This document shows positions 47,865-60,948 of a DNA stretch of 64,000 nt, one piece after another; positions within the stretch are counted from its first letter, which is position 1; each line of letters opens with the position of its first letter. Made by a program: the position numbers and the translations under genes. The notes below the pieces were generated by a model, which ran no database searches, was not told where the DNA came from, and saw only the letters and a list, made by a program, of their open reading frames with translations. The DNA is from Podarcis pityusensis (Eukaryota). The stretch lies in the NCBI GenBank assembly GCA_964106645.2, contig OZ067044.1; one strand, written 5' to 3'.

Positions 47865-50279
47865 CTGTGTATTGGCCGAATCTCCATTACTGCTATTAAT
47901 ATCTTCAGCAATGAGGAAGGGATCCTTTATTTCACATGCATCTTTATTGCTCAGAGTATTGGAATAATTTGCCTTAGAAATATTAAACTGACTTTTCCTA
48001 GAGTCTGTGGTGAGAGAAACCTCCTGGCAGTAGGAGTGCAGAAATGCTCGGACTCCATCGATCCCCACAAACTGTGAGACGGGAGCGCCACTGAAATTCA
48101 CACTCCCTGACTCAAACAGTTGAGAATTTCTCCACCTGTGCAACCTGACAGCCAGTAACACAAGGAGGAAGATGAAGAACAAGCAGGAGACAAAAGCCAC
48201 TGCAAGGACCAGGTAGAAGGTGAGGTCAGACGGAGGATCTACAGGAGCTGAGATGCTGCTCAGGTCTGAGAGGACTGCAGGGATGGTGTCAGCCAGCACC
48301 ACAGTCAGAGTGGCTGAAGCAGAGAGAGGTGGCTGCCCATTGTCCTTGACTAAAACCACCAGGCTTTGCTTGAGGGCATCTTTCTCCAGAAAGAAGCGGG
48401 CCGTCCTGATCTCTCCCGTGTGGAGCCCCAGAGTGAAGAGCCCTGGCTCGGTGGCCTTGATCAGCTGGTAGGAGAGCCAGGCATTCTGGCCAGAGTCCGC
48501 ATCCACGGCCACCACCTTAGTGACCAGGTAGCCTGGCTCAGAGGAGCGAGGGGCCAGCTCTATCCCCGTGGAGCCATCAGTGGGAGGGGAGGGGTACAGG
48601 ATTTGGGGAGCATTATCATTCTGGTCCAGGATGAAGAGAGTCACTGAGACGTTGGAGCTGAGTGGTGGAGAACCTCCATCCTGGGCCTTGACCAGGAACT
48701 TAATCTCCCTCATCTCCTCATAATCAAAAGAGATCAGGCCATAGACAATCCCAGTCTCAGAGTTAATGGAGAGGAAGGAAGATACTGGGGAGTCACTGAT
48801 GTTGTGCTCAATGATGGAATAAGTGACTCTGGAGTTCTCTCCACAGTCTGGATCATCAGCCTTCAGGGAAAATATGGAGGCCCCTCTTGGGTTGTTCTCC
48901 ATTAAATAAGAAGTATAAATGGATTGCAGGAAGTGTGGAGGGTTGTCGTTTGTGTCTAAAATCTCAAGTGGAATAACAATCGATGTGGAAAGTGGAGGGG
49001 TCCCGTGATCCGTGACTGTGACAGTGATGTTGTAGGCTGCCACCTGCTCTCTGTCCAGGGCTCTTGCTGTCACCAAACTGTAGTAGTTGCCATAGGCTTT
49101 TGTCAGTAGAAAGGGGAGGTTGCTGGGGATAGAGCACGTGACTTCTGCATTCTCTGCCGAATCCTCATCTTGCACATTCAAAAGGGCTATTGCAGTCGCT
49201 GGTGGAGAGTTCTCAGGGATGGGGCTGATAAGTGAAGTTATTTCCAGTTTGGGTGCATTGTCATTTACATCAGTAACAAATATCAAAAGTTGAGATTTGT
49301 CAAAGAGTTCACCACCATCATGGACCTGGACCTCAATTTCATGAAGTGTAGACTTCTCGTAGTCTAAGCCTCTTGCAAGCGTAATTTCCCCAGTTTGTGA
49401 ATTCAAATGGAATATTTGTGAAGCCCTTTCTGTGATCTTTCTGAATGAATATTTCAGTTCCTTGTTGACACCTTCATCCAGGTCAATGGCTTTTAATATA
49501 ACCACTGTAGTACCAACAGGAATATCTTCCCTAACGCTTACTTCATAGCTATGATGGCTAAAAACTGGTGCATTGTCATTAGCATCTAAAACTGTCACTT
49601 GAATCTGTACAGTTCCTGTCCTGACTGGATCTCCCCCATCATATGCTGTGAGGACCAGATTATGAATAGCTTCCTCTTCACGGTCCAAAGGCCTTTCCAG
49701 TACCAATTCAGTGTATTGTCTACCGTCAACTGCCTCTTGCACATTGAGGGAGAAATGGCTACTGTTGCTGAGTTTGTATCCTTGAAGGGTATTGGTGCCC
49801 AAATCTAGATCCCGAGCTTCATCGAGGGGAAAGTGAGATCCGGGTGCTGTGGTCTCACTCATTTTGAGCTCCAGTTTCTCTGAATGGAAGGTGGGAGCGT
49901 TGTCATTAATATCTGTGATTTCCACTTCAGCACCATATACTTTCATTGAATCCCCCACTATGGTATCAAAATTCAAGACACACTTTTCCACTTGTCCACA
50001 GAGCACCTCTCTGTCTATTCTCTCTGTGACGTACAAATGGCCACTCTTATAATTCAAAGCAAAATACTGTGTCCTACCTCGAGAAACAATGCGGACTCCA
50101 CGGCGTGAGAGCTCTTTTAATTCCAGCTTCAGGTCTTTGGCGATGGGCCCCACGAAAGAACCTTTTTCTGCTTCTTCAGGGATGGAATAATGAATCTGCC
50201 CCATAACAGCTTGCCAAACATGAACCAGAATGAAACAAAAGACAGCTCTCCTTCTGCAATCCTGGGAAAAGGTTTCCAT
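47865..50279 (-). CDS. PCDHGA: Protocadherin gamma-A-like variable exon 9
   Basis: ORF 47826..50279 with gamma-A signatures [70 protein letters not shown]. Donor CAG|GTGAG at 47865/47864. Family-level symbol. Confidence 0.92.
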
Positions 50280-50551
50280 TGCCAGTTGTACTTCTGTGCC
50301 AAGGTGAAGATCCTACTTCTTTGATAGAGTGGCTATGTTTTAGATTTGTCTGTATGTGACTGAAATTCTTAATATATACACACAGACAACACAGATATCT
50401 CTATTGCCTGTATTTAAAATACAGATTTGATTTAATATAAGATCCTCCAGTTGTTCAGATTCCGTACGTGTGATCTCTCTTTCTGCATTTTCTGTAATGA
50501 AGCGGTTGGATGGGAAAGTTGAATCTCTTACTAAATTGTTCAGCCTTGGTT

Positions 50552-50591
50552 GGTAAACAGCGACACCCAGAGTCCTAAAACAATAACTTCA
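50552..50591 (-). promoter_or_regulatory. CSE / CTCF site, exon 9 promoter (intact CGCT)
   Basis: TGAAGTT..ACTCTGGGTGTCGCTGTTTACC. Confidence 0.85.
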
Positions 50592-51542
50592 TCTTCTTGG
50601 TGCTTTCTGAAATGCCAGTTTCCTTAGTACGGTATATTTCTCATCCTGATACATCAGCTGCAAGTACAGTAGGTGACCAGAAAAAAACTCCCACTCCATT
50701 TGTGTGACATTTTGTAGCAATTCAGGTTCATGATTGAATCGCATTTCTGATCATGGAAACTGATTGTTCTCTGCTTATAATCATTATCCTGCTATTGTAG
50801 GCTGTTACTCTCCACACAGTCTCTTGGAAGTTGGACTATGGTAGACACTGTGACGATCTTGTCTGAAATATCATGAAATATGTTTCCCTGATATTTTCTG
50901 GTACTTTAATAAGCATTTTTTCTGTTCAGATTTTAAATAACGTGGAATCCAGCTAGAAACTCACATGTATATATGCATGCACACATGTGATCATAAATCT
51001 TTTCTGTGCTATCTAGAATTTAAACCAACTCTCTTATAAAAATAGATAACTCTTAAATTATAGGAATAAAATAATGATAAAATATGTTTCCAAAATATTT
51101 ATTTTTAAAATGTTTATCCCACCCATGCCCCCAAATTTTCTCAGAGCAACTTTATCTCAAGCAATATAAAGATAAGGTAACAGGAAGGGTTGTGCCCATA
51201 ACATACACATTCATATGCACATTTGCTCAAGGCCGAATACATGGTACATTAAAATATCTTGTGTGGACCCTGTGACTTGGATCAGTGCCGTGATGCAGGG
51301 GGTACCCTAATCAGGCTCTCATTTTCCCCCAACATGTTGTTTTGGGTGATCTGCACAGAGTTCTGGCACAGAGAAAAACATTAGACCCGCCCATTCTCAT
51401 GTTGTGGCCCTGATCAAAATTAGAAAACCTTCACGACTGCTTCTACAAAGAAGAAAATTATACTAGGATCGCCAAATGCAGAGCGATCCAAATGTAACAA
51501 GTAGTTTATCTCTCAGAAGATCCATTGCGTTCAAGCATAGGC

Positions 51543-51595
51543 GTGTGTGTATGTGTAGACACACACACACACACAGAGAGAGAGAGAAAGAGAGA
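51543..51595. repeat. Compound (TG)n-(CA)n-(GA)n microsatellite
   Basis: Directly visible in the sequence. Confidence 0.9.
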
Positions 51596-51794
51596 ATCTT
51601 GAATCCTGAGAATTGCTGAATCCTATTTTAAACAATACTGTTTTTCTGATTGAAATGTTTACATGCAGTCTCAAACAGGGCAGAGAACGACAAATAAATA
51701 CAAAAATGGATTTTAAAGGACTCCTAATAATTTTTTTATTATAGTTATATTTTGCCTTTCCTCCAATGAGCTTACATGGCCGCCAGCCCTCTAT

Positions 51795-51920
51795 TCTCTT
51801 CACAATACAAATGATGTTGGTTAGGTTGATAGGTTAGTGAAAGGCTCAAGTTCACCCAGTGCACTTCATGGCTGAGTGAGGATTTTAACCTATCTCTCCC
51901 CAATCCTTTCATCTCTAAAC
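51795..51920 (-). mobile_element. MIR/CORE-like squamate SINE fragment
   Basis: ggttaggttga..ttagtga..ggctcaagttcacccagtgcacttcatggctgagtgaggattttaacc; same family as 46466-46688. Confidence 0.6.
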
Positions 51921-53623
51921 TTTCAGAACTTTGTGGGAGGGATTCAAGCACACAATTAAACTCAACTGAAGTGCTCTGCTGCCATTGCACAACAAATCTG
52001 TTTGTAAAAAAATGGGACTTTTTGTGGTTAGGCAAGCGCTAGGGAAATGCACTGGAAAGAGTGAGGTGAATGAATGATTCACGGGAAGATGTATAAATGC
52101 TGCAGAAACAAATCAGGATCCATGCTCATTGTCACAGAACCTCCCTGCAAACAAATCAGAACAAGTGTGCAATAAAGATACTGTATAGTCTAACCTCCCC
52201 AGTAAGCTTTGTGCAAGCAAATCAGGATGACTTCTCAATAAACAGGTTGTCTCAAGGGGCCCCTAGTCCAACAGTCAAACAGCTACACCACAAGAACTTT
52301 CTTTCTATAAGCACTACATTTCTAGAAGCTTCATCTGACATCAAGCATGTCTGTAGGAATGTGATTCTGTCAAGTGTTTAGGGGGGGGAAACATTTTATC
52401 TTATACTGTGTTGTGATGCTAAGCATGACATGAATTATCCAATTCTGATTTTGTCACCTAAAACTGCATCAAGTATTCTCAAATTCTCTGCTTCTCTGAA
52501 ATCTTTATCATCTCTTTCTTTCTAAACTGGTTTGAAAACTGATTCTTTTTTCCTTTTTTAAAAAAAAAATATCATAAAAGTGTAGAATTATAGCAAATGA
52601 TTCGAAATGAGTGACCAAACTAATTCAAAAATATGGAGAAAATTACCACCACCCTATCTCTGAAATAAGTGGGCAGGTAATCCCTCCCCTACCTGGCCTG
52701 GTCTCCTTGGCAACGCTTCCCCCAGGTGGGATTGGACAACTGACTGAGGTAGGCGGAGACCTCCAGGTATCCCACCTGAGGGAAGGCAAACCAAGCCTAT
52801 GCTGTTGGAGCCGCTCCAGATCTAGGGGCTGCGCGCGTCCACGCAAAGGGCGCCCCCCGTTTTAAGCGGGGAGCGGTCATTGCAGAATGTTTGGAATATG
52901 CATCCACCTTCATCCAGCAACAAAGTATCCACACACAGATAACTGGATCTGAACCTGAACGCCCATCCTAGCTTGTCAGTGCTAAGTTAGTTTTTGCCTC
53001 TTTCCTCACCTGATCATTTTGTTTGGGTAGGAAGTTATTTGGTTAATGTGTGGAATCTTCAAATATTAGATTCCTCTATCCAAAATCTTAAATGGCACAG
53101 CCCAACATCACAGAAGGGTGCTGATTGTTTCAATTCTAAGTTGAGGATTGGGAATTTGGGCAGGTACAAGCTATTAGAACAAATGAAAACTGAAGACATT
53201 GCTAATTATCTATTAGGTGTATAAATAATTCCTCTAGTATTCACTGCAATTAAAGGTGAAAGAATGTTGCCGTATCAAATGGCAGACATTGTAAAGCACC
53301 CCAGTTTTCATTGCACACAGGAGTGCTATGAAATGATATCATAAGATGTGAACTAAGTGGGTGGGATCCAAAATTATTTATCACTTCCTCTTCCTTCTTC
53401 TCCACTCCCGTCACTTCCAGACTGTGACATATATGCACATTTAACCGCCTTATTAAGTATCCATATAGATGGCAATATGTAGATCTGTAAATAAGTAACT
53501 ACAGAGCACGTCTATAACGACAGTAGGATTAGTCAGAATTAATATAGATAAAATGATTGCTTCATTAATGTTGAAGCAACTAGAAAAACAAGGACTATTT
53601 AGCATCTGTTATAAAAGAAATTA

Positions 53624-53882
53624 CCATATTTTTGGCTCTATAAGACGCACCAGACCACAAGACGCACCTAGTTTTTGGAGGAGGAAAACAAGAAAAAAAA
53701 TATTCTGAATCTCAGAAGCCAGAACAGCAAGAGGGATTGCAGCGCAGTGAAAGCAGTAATCCCTCTTGCTGTTCTGGCTTCTGGGATAGCTGTGCAGCCT
53801 GCATTCGCTCCATAAGACGCACACACATTTCCCCTTACTATTTAGGAGGGGAAAAGGGAGTCTTATAGAGCAAAAAATACGG
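53624..53882. mobile_element. Tc1/mariner-pogo type MITE (259 bp)
   Basis: 23-bp TIRs CCATATTTTTGGCTCTATAAGAC / GTCTTATAGAGCAAAAAATACGG (2 mismatches); TA flanks at 53622-23 and 53883-84; no ORF. Confidence 0.9.
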
Positions 53883-54025
53883 TATATTTTTTTTCCTCAG
53901 ACTGTACATCATTATGAATCTATTGGAAGATACATCCACTATCTACAATATAGTTCTTCATATATAGACACAGTTTAAAAGTAGTGCAGGAGATAATGTG
54001 AATAATATCTAGAATGAAAACTCAC

Positions 54026-56485
54026 CATGTTTGCATTATCCATCTCAGAATTAAAATGGTTTTCTCTGCTGCCTGTAAAAGGTGGAGCAGTTTTGTCATC
54101 ACAGATAACATTGTCTGCAATCTGAATGTTAGGTGTCAGGAATGCAAACTCATTTTTCCTGGTCTCTGAGGACAGACAGAGCTGGTAGGTGTAGGGCAAA
54201 GTCCCTTCTTCAAAATTCGGTGGGAATACGGTACCAGCCTTTGAAAAAGGAGTAGGACCAAAGCACTGAAGGAACTGAGGACTGCTTGATGTGCGAAGCT
54301 TCGTAACAACTGCCAGAATCACCGTAAGGAGAAATAAGAATGAAATCACAGCTAAAGTCAGTACTAAATAAAACTGTAGGTCAGATTGATTATGTGAATC
54401 AATACTTTCACTGCTCACTTCTGGGAGTGCCTCTTGGAAGTTCTCAGCAAACACCAGGTTGAGACTCACAGTAGCAGATAGTGGTGGCTGCCCATTATCC
54501 TTGACTAAGATGATGAGCTTCTGCTTCACAGCATCTCTTTCCAGAAAAGCCCGTGAGGTCTTGATCTCCCCAGTGTGGGACCCAATTCTGAACAATGCTG
54601 GCTCTGTAGCCTGAAGCAGGTGGTAAGAGAGCCAGGCGTTATGTCCAGAATCAGCATCTACTGCCACTACCTTGGTCACCAGATAATCTTCTGCTGCTGA
54701 GCGAGGCACCATCTCAAACAAGGATGAACCCTTGACTTCCTGTGAAGGGTAGAGGATTTGAGGATTGTTATCATTCTGATCCACAATGAACACTTTCACT
54801 GTGGTGTTTCTGCTGAGTGGTGGGGAGCCACCATCTTGTGCTTTCACTTGGAACTGAAACTCCCTGATTTGCTCATAGTCAAAGGAGCGTTGGGCATAGA
54901 TCATGCCATTTTCTGAGTTAATGGAGATATAAGAGGACAGAGGCAGGTTCTCCATATTACTATTGAGCAGAGAATAAGTGATTTGCGAGTTGTACTCTAG
55001 ATCTGCATCTGTAGCCTTTACACGGAAAATGGAAGTTCCAGCTGGATTGTTCTCTGACAAATAGGTGACATAGGAAGATTTTTCAAAAGCTGGGGGGTTA
55101 TCATTGATATCTGAAATCTGCAGGGAGATGGTTCTGTGGGTGGAAAGAGGTGGTGCACCTTTGTCTGTGGCTATAATTGTGATATTGTATTCTGGAGTGC
55201 TTTCTCTGTCCAAGGGGGCATCTGTAACCAACTTATAGAAGTTATTGGATGTAGCAATTATTCTAAATTGCCAATGACTTTGTAAATGACAAGTAATGTT
55301 CCCATTGTCTCCAGAATCTTTATCGTTTACATTGATAAGGGCTACCAGGGTTCCTATTGCAGAATCTTCAGGAATTGGGCTGGATAAGGAAGCCAGGATC
55401 ACTTCTGGGGCATTGTCATTCTCATCTAATAGCTTTATTTCAACACTGCAATGAGTCACTAATCCACCTCCGTCTCTTGCTTCTACTGTCATTGCATATT
55501 TCTCTGCTTCTTCGTAGTCCAACAACTCCTTAACTGTAATTGTCCCATTCTGGGGATTTAGGAAGAATTTTTTGTGAGTGTTTTCAGGGATGTTGCTAAA
55601 ACTATACGTGATATGACCATATGAGCCTTCATCTCTATCTGTGGCTTTCACTTGTATTACTGAAGATCCTTTTGGGGTATTCTCTTTAAGACAGACCTTG
55701 TACACTTCTTGTGTGAAGATTGGTGAATTATCATTTACATCAATGACACTGATCCATATTTTGGCTGTACCAGTTTTGGCAGGCTTCCCTCCATCCAGAG
55801 CCATAAGAATTAAATGGAAACTGCTTTCACTTTCTCGATCCAACTGTTTGTTCAGTACTAATTCTGCATATTTCTTCCCATCTTCTCTCTCTCTAGCTTC
55901 TACTATGAAATACTGATTGGGCATAAGGTGGTAATTCTGGAGAGAATTTATTCCAACATCTGGATCTTCAGCAAACCCAAGCACAAATCGGGCTCCTGGC
56001 AAAGTGAGTTCACTTGTCTCTAGTTTGATATTCTCATTCACAAAATGTGGTGCGTTATCATTGATATCCTGGATCTGTACAGTAACATGAAAAATATTCA
56101 TAGGATTTTCAACCATCACTTCAAAACTAATGAGGCAGTATGCATTGCTCCCACATATTCCTTCTCTGTCTATCCTGTCATTTACATATAGATTCCCATT
56201 TTCTGCACTGAGAGAGAAATATTGCTTTTTACCTAGGGAAAGGATATGCAGATTGCGATTTGCTATTTCTCCAGCATTCAGCTCCAAATCTTTGGCAAGA
56301 TTTCCTACAATGGAGCCTTTTTCCATTTCCTCAGCGATAGAATACTGAATGTGCTCTGAGGCAGCCTGGCACAACAAGGACAATAACAAGAGGAGTGGTA
56401 CTTGCCTTTTTACCGACCCGTTTTTCTCTTTGTGCCTGTTGTCCATCTGATTTGGTGAGACAATTGCTTTATTCTTTTCTTGCAT
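54026..56485 (-). CDS. PCDHGB: Protocadherin gamma-B-like variable exon 10
   Basis: ORF 53975..56485; the second ATG (56446, MDNRH) aligns with paralog starts and may be the one used. Donor ATG|GTGAG at 54026/54025. Confidence 0.92.
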
Positions 56486-56726
56486 ATTTTCATTAGATGG
56501 AGATTCTCAAGTTCCCATCAAGACCCACAAATCCACAACAAGGAAGTATAAAAGCAGTCACTGTCCCTTTCTATATGTTGCAGTGGGTTTTATTTCCTTA
56601 GCAAAAGCGTTTTAACGTCCCTGTGTTCTACTATCTCCCAGTTCTGCAGTCTGTGGCTGAACAATGGCACTGCAGGAAGCATCGCTTAGCAGATTCCATG
56701 AAGCACCATGAGATGCAGTACATTAG

Positions 56727-56764
56727 CCAACAGCGACACTCTGAGTCTGAGGTGGAGAACTTCA
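56727..56764 (-). promoter_or_regulatory. CSE / CTCF site, exon 10 promoter (intact CGCT)
   Basis: TGAAGTTC..ACTCAGAGTGTCGCTGTTGG. Confidence 0.85.
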
Positions 56765-57841
56765 TGTGCTGCTTTCCCCCCTTCCTCTAGTGCTTAGATG
56801 TAGAATACAAGAGCAATCTATTTTCAAAGGCAGTATGAGAAGGTTTTCTTGATTTGTAACTACTTTCTGGTGTTTTGCTTTTACAGTAGCAGGAAATGGA
56901 AATATATTTCAAGTGCTTTAGAGATGCAACAACCTCCCCATCCCTCAAATTTTCCATCTTCCCTCTGTACTTCCACTGATGGAAGAGATTGTTAGCACTC
57001 AACAACATTTTGTAGCCAATTAATGCAACTTCTATGTCCAGCCCTCCTCTGTAAAACAATACATTTAATAAAATTCAGCGATATTACTATTTTTAATGAA
57101 AAGGTGAGCACCTAACAGAGCAATCCTATGGAGGTTGGACAGGCAGCATGGATGGCAGAGATAATTGTAGCAGAGGAACCAAGTGATGAATAGGGCACAA
57201 GATAGAAGGTGGCTTTTTTTACTTTCCCCATTTTCTTTCTTGTAAAAAAAATATGGTTCCACAGGGAAGGAAAATAACTCCAGGGCTGGTGTAGTTTCCC
57301 CCCTATTCCATCCTTGAGTAGGTCTGGGAAACAAGGGAATCTAAAGCCTCCCTAGAGCACCCCCTTCTTGCCTCTTCCACCCATAGAGCACTGCCTGCAA
57401 TACAGCCATGGCAACGGAGTGTTCTGTCACTGGTCAAGGAATGACCTCTCCAGTGGAGCTTCCTCTCTGCTGTTAGATAACCTCCTCTGCTCAAAGGTGA
57501 AGGTCTGCAGAATCCCAGGTCCCCTGGGACCACTTACAAGAGAGGACTAAAAAAGTCCTTGCTACTTACTCCAAACTCTTCTCTAAACGCTTGCACAAAC
57601 ACTTGTAAAACAGCACTGGTGGTTATTTTTCTAATTCATTTTATGCATGCCACTTACAGGGTACAAAATACAGAGAGAGGAATAAAACAGAGACCTTTAA
57701 AAATAGTTAACTTTGTCATCATTTGTCACTAAAATGTTGGCCTGGGTTTAAGGTGAATACATAATGGCATGCATGAGTGCTAAATAACAGTTTGGCCAAA
57801 GTTTGAACTGCTTGTCAATGTATCCTCAAATACTGTTGTGA

Positions 57842-57985
57842 CATAGAATCATAGAGTTGGAAGGGACCCTGAGGATTGTCTAGTCCAATCCCCTGCAATG
57901 CAGGAATATGCAGCTGTCCCATACAGGAATAGAACCTACAGCCTTGGCATCATCAGCATCATACTCTAACCAACTGAGCTATCTA
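57842..57985 (-). mobile_element. tRNA-derived SINE with CR1-type tail (Squam3-like)
   Basis: Minus strand GATAGCTCAGTTGGTTAGAG..GGTTCTATTCC..GGTCCCTTCCAACTCTATGATTCTATG. Confidence 0.8.
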
Positions 57986-58849
57986 GGCTGACAATACTGC
58001 AATACTATTAACATTTATATTTTAGCTGCACAGTTCTAGGAACATAGCTGAAATAGTTATATTACTTCATTTAAAATACTGAAAGCAGCAGAAAGACCTC
58101 AGCACCAGATCATAAGCATTGCCACCTGATTCATGGGAGTGAGTGTGCCATGAGAATTGGACTCTAGTTGGATTCACAGTCTGAGACCTCTACATATACA
58201 AAACTTGTTTTTGTATGAGCTTTGGAGACCCACCTTGCCCGCCCATCTCATTCATCAGTCACTCTATCCTTGCAGGTTGCTCTTCCTGGCCCAGGCAAAC
58301 TGACTGTCAGTAAGCATTCCGAGTGTCTGTGCCAGATGGTGTTTGCAGTGTTGAATGCTCTAGAAAAGACCCTCCTTTAACCACACCATGCATCTTGACA
58401 CTTGACATGCCCATAGTGCTGTCCTCATACAGATGTGGTCCCCAGATAATATTGCTCCTGGCAAAGATCCATGGAAGCCTCTATGTCCTACCTTCAGTTT
58501 GAACAAACAGAGAGCTGGATCACTCCAGAAATGAACAGCTCAGTACAATGTTGAAACTTGCATATGTGTGATCACAGAAGTGTGAATATAAATGATAAAA
58601 TTATATGAATATACAAGATGACAGGTACAGAATTTTGTTATAATTCACATTTTAAGGCACTTATTTTCCAGGCTCCAGAAACTATGCATGGATACATATT
58701 CGTGGATTCAAAAGTTTGATAGAGTAACATGGTAATTAAGCACATGTAAAAATGTGTTTATTACCATTCATCTTTAATCATGCCATTCCCCACCCCTTGT
58801 GCACGTCAGATGACTTGCTCCTTGGAGGAAGAGATTTGTCTATTTCTTG

Positions 58850-59300
58850 CTTATTTATCTACTTGATTTATACACTACTCTTCAAGCCACAGGTTTACAA
58901 TCAGATCAAATAAAATAAAATACAATCAATATATAAAATCCATAGACTAGCACAAATTTTTAAATGGAAAACACAGCAACTCATAACAATTCAACTAAGT
59001 AGCAATTTCCTAATAGCAACAGCAACAGCAAACTAAACACTTTTTTTCTAATCAAGTCTCTCCTTCTCCAAACATCACCTGAAAAAAGTTTGCCTTAACT
59101 AGCCACCTAAAATTATATAGATATGGAACTAGATGCACCTTAGAAGGGAGGGAGTTTCACATGTGAGGAGCCACCACTGACACTGCCCTCCCCTGGAACT
59201 TGCACCATCCTGTTTAGAGACCACCAAGAGGGCCTCATCTGCTAAAGCATGGGTAGACTGATATGGAAGAAAGTGGTTTCGCAGATATTGGGCACCTCTG
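58850..59300 (-). mobile_element. Old L2/CR1-clade LINE 3' remnant
   Basis: ttatttat tail then ..gggagggagtttcac..gccaccactga..gccct..agggcctc.., resembling reversed squamate L2-type 3' ends; heavily diverged. Confidence 0.45.
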
Positions 59301-59983
59301 TAGAGTACCATGTACCCTGATGGTGTATCAACAACAATTCTATGCAGATCACATGCTTCGTCAAAGGTGGCATCACATGATAAAGGAAGCAGCAAGAGAG
59401 GAACTGCGATTTATTTCACCCTTCATTTGTCCGTTCTAGTCTAATGCACCAAGGGAAGAACTTATGAATGTCTTCTGAATGCATGAGCTCTAAAGGCATC
59501 TGATTCTGAAACATATCCAACTAACCACTAAATTTAAGAATGTTTGCAAATTGTTCGTAAATAGTATAACACAAGACATCAGTTTCACCAATGAGTGCCG
59601 GAGGACATCTGCAAAAAGTCTCTAAGCATAAAAATATTGATAAGCAAAAGGTTTACAGCCTAAGGGAGTTTGGAGCATGCATCTGAGAAAGCATGCATTG
59701 TAGCTTTCTTTGACTAGAAGGGAATATTAACATGTTGAATTGTATTGCAACCTGGACTGTTCCATTTTAACATCTATAGTTAGAACAATCGTTCAAAGGC
59801 CATTTTATGTGTCCTTTTCATAGTTTTAACATCATTAACAGCATGATCCAAATGAATGTTTACCTGGAGTTAACCCGAGGGACTTACTCCTGGGAGGGTA
59901 TGTACAGAATTGGAGCCTTGGGGTGCTTCCAGATGGAGGTTTAATATTACAAATGGTTCACTGAGATATTGCAAATGGGTCAC

Positions 59984-60049
59984 TGTCAACATTTTTTTTA
60001 AATGTATTTTTATTAAAGATTTTCTTGGTTTACACATTGTCAACATTTT
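59984..60049 (-). mobile_element. Extremely truncated poly(A) retro-insertion with 12-bp target-site duplication
   Basis: TGTCAACATTTT at 59984-59995 and 60038-60049 flank 42 bp that read ..AATAAAAATACATTTAAAA on the minus strand. Confidence 0.7.
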
Positions 60050-60385
60050 AAAAAAATAATTGGATTGTCCGTGGCAACAGTTAAATGTGGCCTGGGGCTG
60101 GGACTGTTGGCTATACCCTCACCACTGTATAGCCAGCAAGGTTACCAACAGCCTTATTACTGGGATTCTCAGCAGTCTACTGAGAAAAGCAGTAGGTAAC
60201 CTTTACCATAGCGAGGAAGGAACACAAAACAGCAAAGTGGGAGAGAAGTACTGTAATATCAGGGCTGTGAGTGACACAACTTCAAAGTTCTGGAAAGCAG
60301 TGAGGATGGAGAGAGAGGAAGTAGAGGAGGCTTAATATGTAAATAGGCTGGAAGGGGGAAACAACACTATTTAAGCTTGTGGTTT

Positions 60386-60463
60386 TAGAATCATAGAATC
60401 ATAGAGTTGGAAGAGACCACAAGGGCCATCGAGACAGACCCCCTGCCAAGCAGGAAACACCAT
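60386..60463 (-). mobile_element. Short CR1 3' end
   Basis: (tagaatca)n tail + gagttggaagagaccacaagggccatc..ccccctgccaagcagg. Confidence 0.75.
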
Positions 60464-60948
60464 ATAGAATTTTTAGAAAGGAGAAGAGTCATTGTCTTTC
60501 TACAGAAAGGAATAAAGAACTCTAAATCAGAGATTGAAACATGGAGTACAGAAGAAACCTGAAAATCACTGGTCACATCTTAAAGGGGGAAAATGCAACA
60601 CATGAGTTTTTCTCTTATTAAAAAGAACTTGCCAAACTACAGAATTTCATAACTACTTGAGACACATTGCACTTTAATAACAAAAAAGGTGAAGGCTAGT
60701 GAAAAGTTGAAAGCCACAAAGTAAGTGGTAAGTTATGATATAAAAGAGACATAACACAGTGTTAGGTGTGCCTATTTTTCAGGAAAGTGTTCATAATTGC
60801 TGACAGATGAGACTTGAGTCACAGATATGTCAGACTGAAATCTCAGTAAGTGACTGCAAAAAGGCCCACTTAAGTCAGAGGGGCCCATATATGCATAAAT
60901 ATGCACAATACAATAAAAATGTTTATGAGATGTGAAAATAATTTTTAC

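Noticed and set aside
52725-52800. Canonical HDV-like or hammerhead ribozyme
   Set aside because: L3 is only 4 nt, there is no GG directly after P1', and CTGACTGA is not CUGANGA followed by GAAA. Kept only as an unidentified structured insert.
57842-57985. tRNA gene
   Set aside because: The A/B boxes are followed by a CR1-derived tail, so this is a SINE, not a cloverleaf tRNA.
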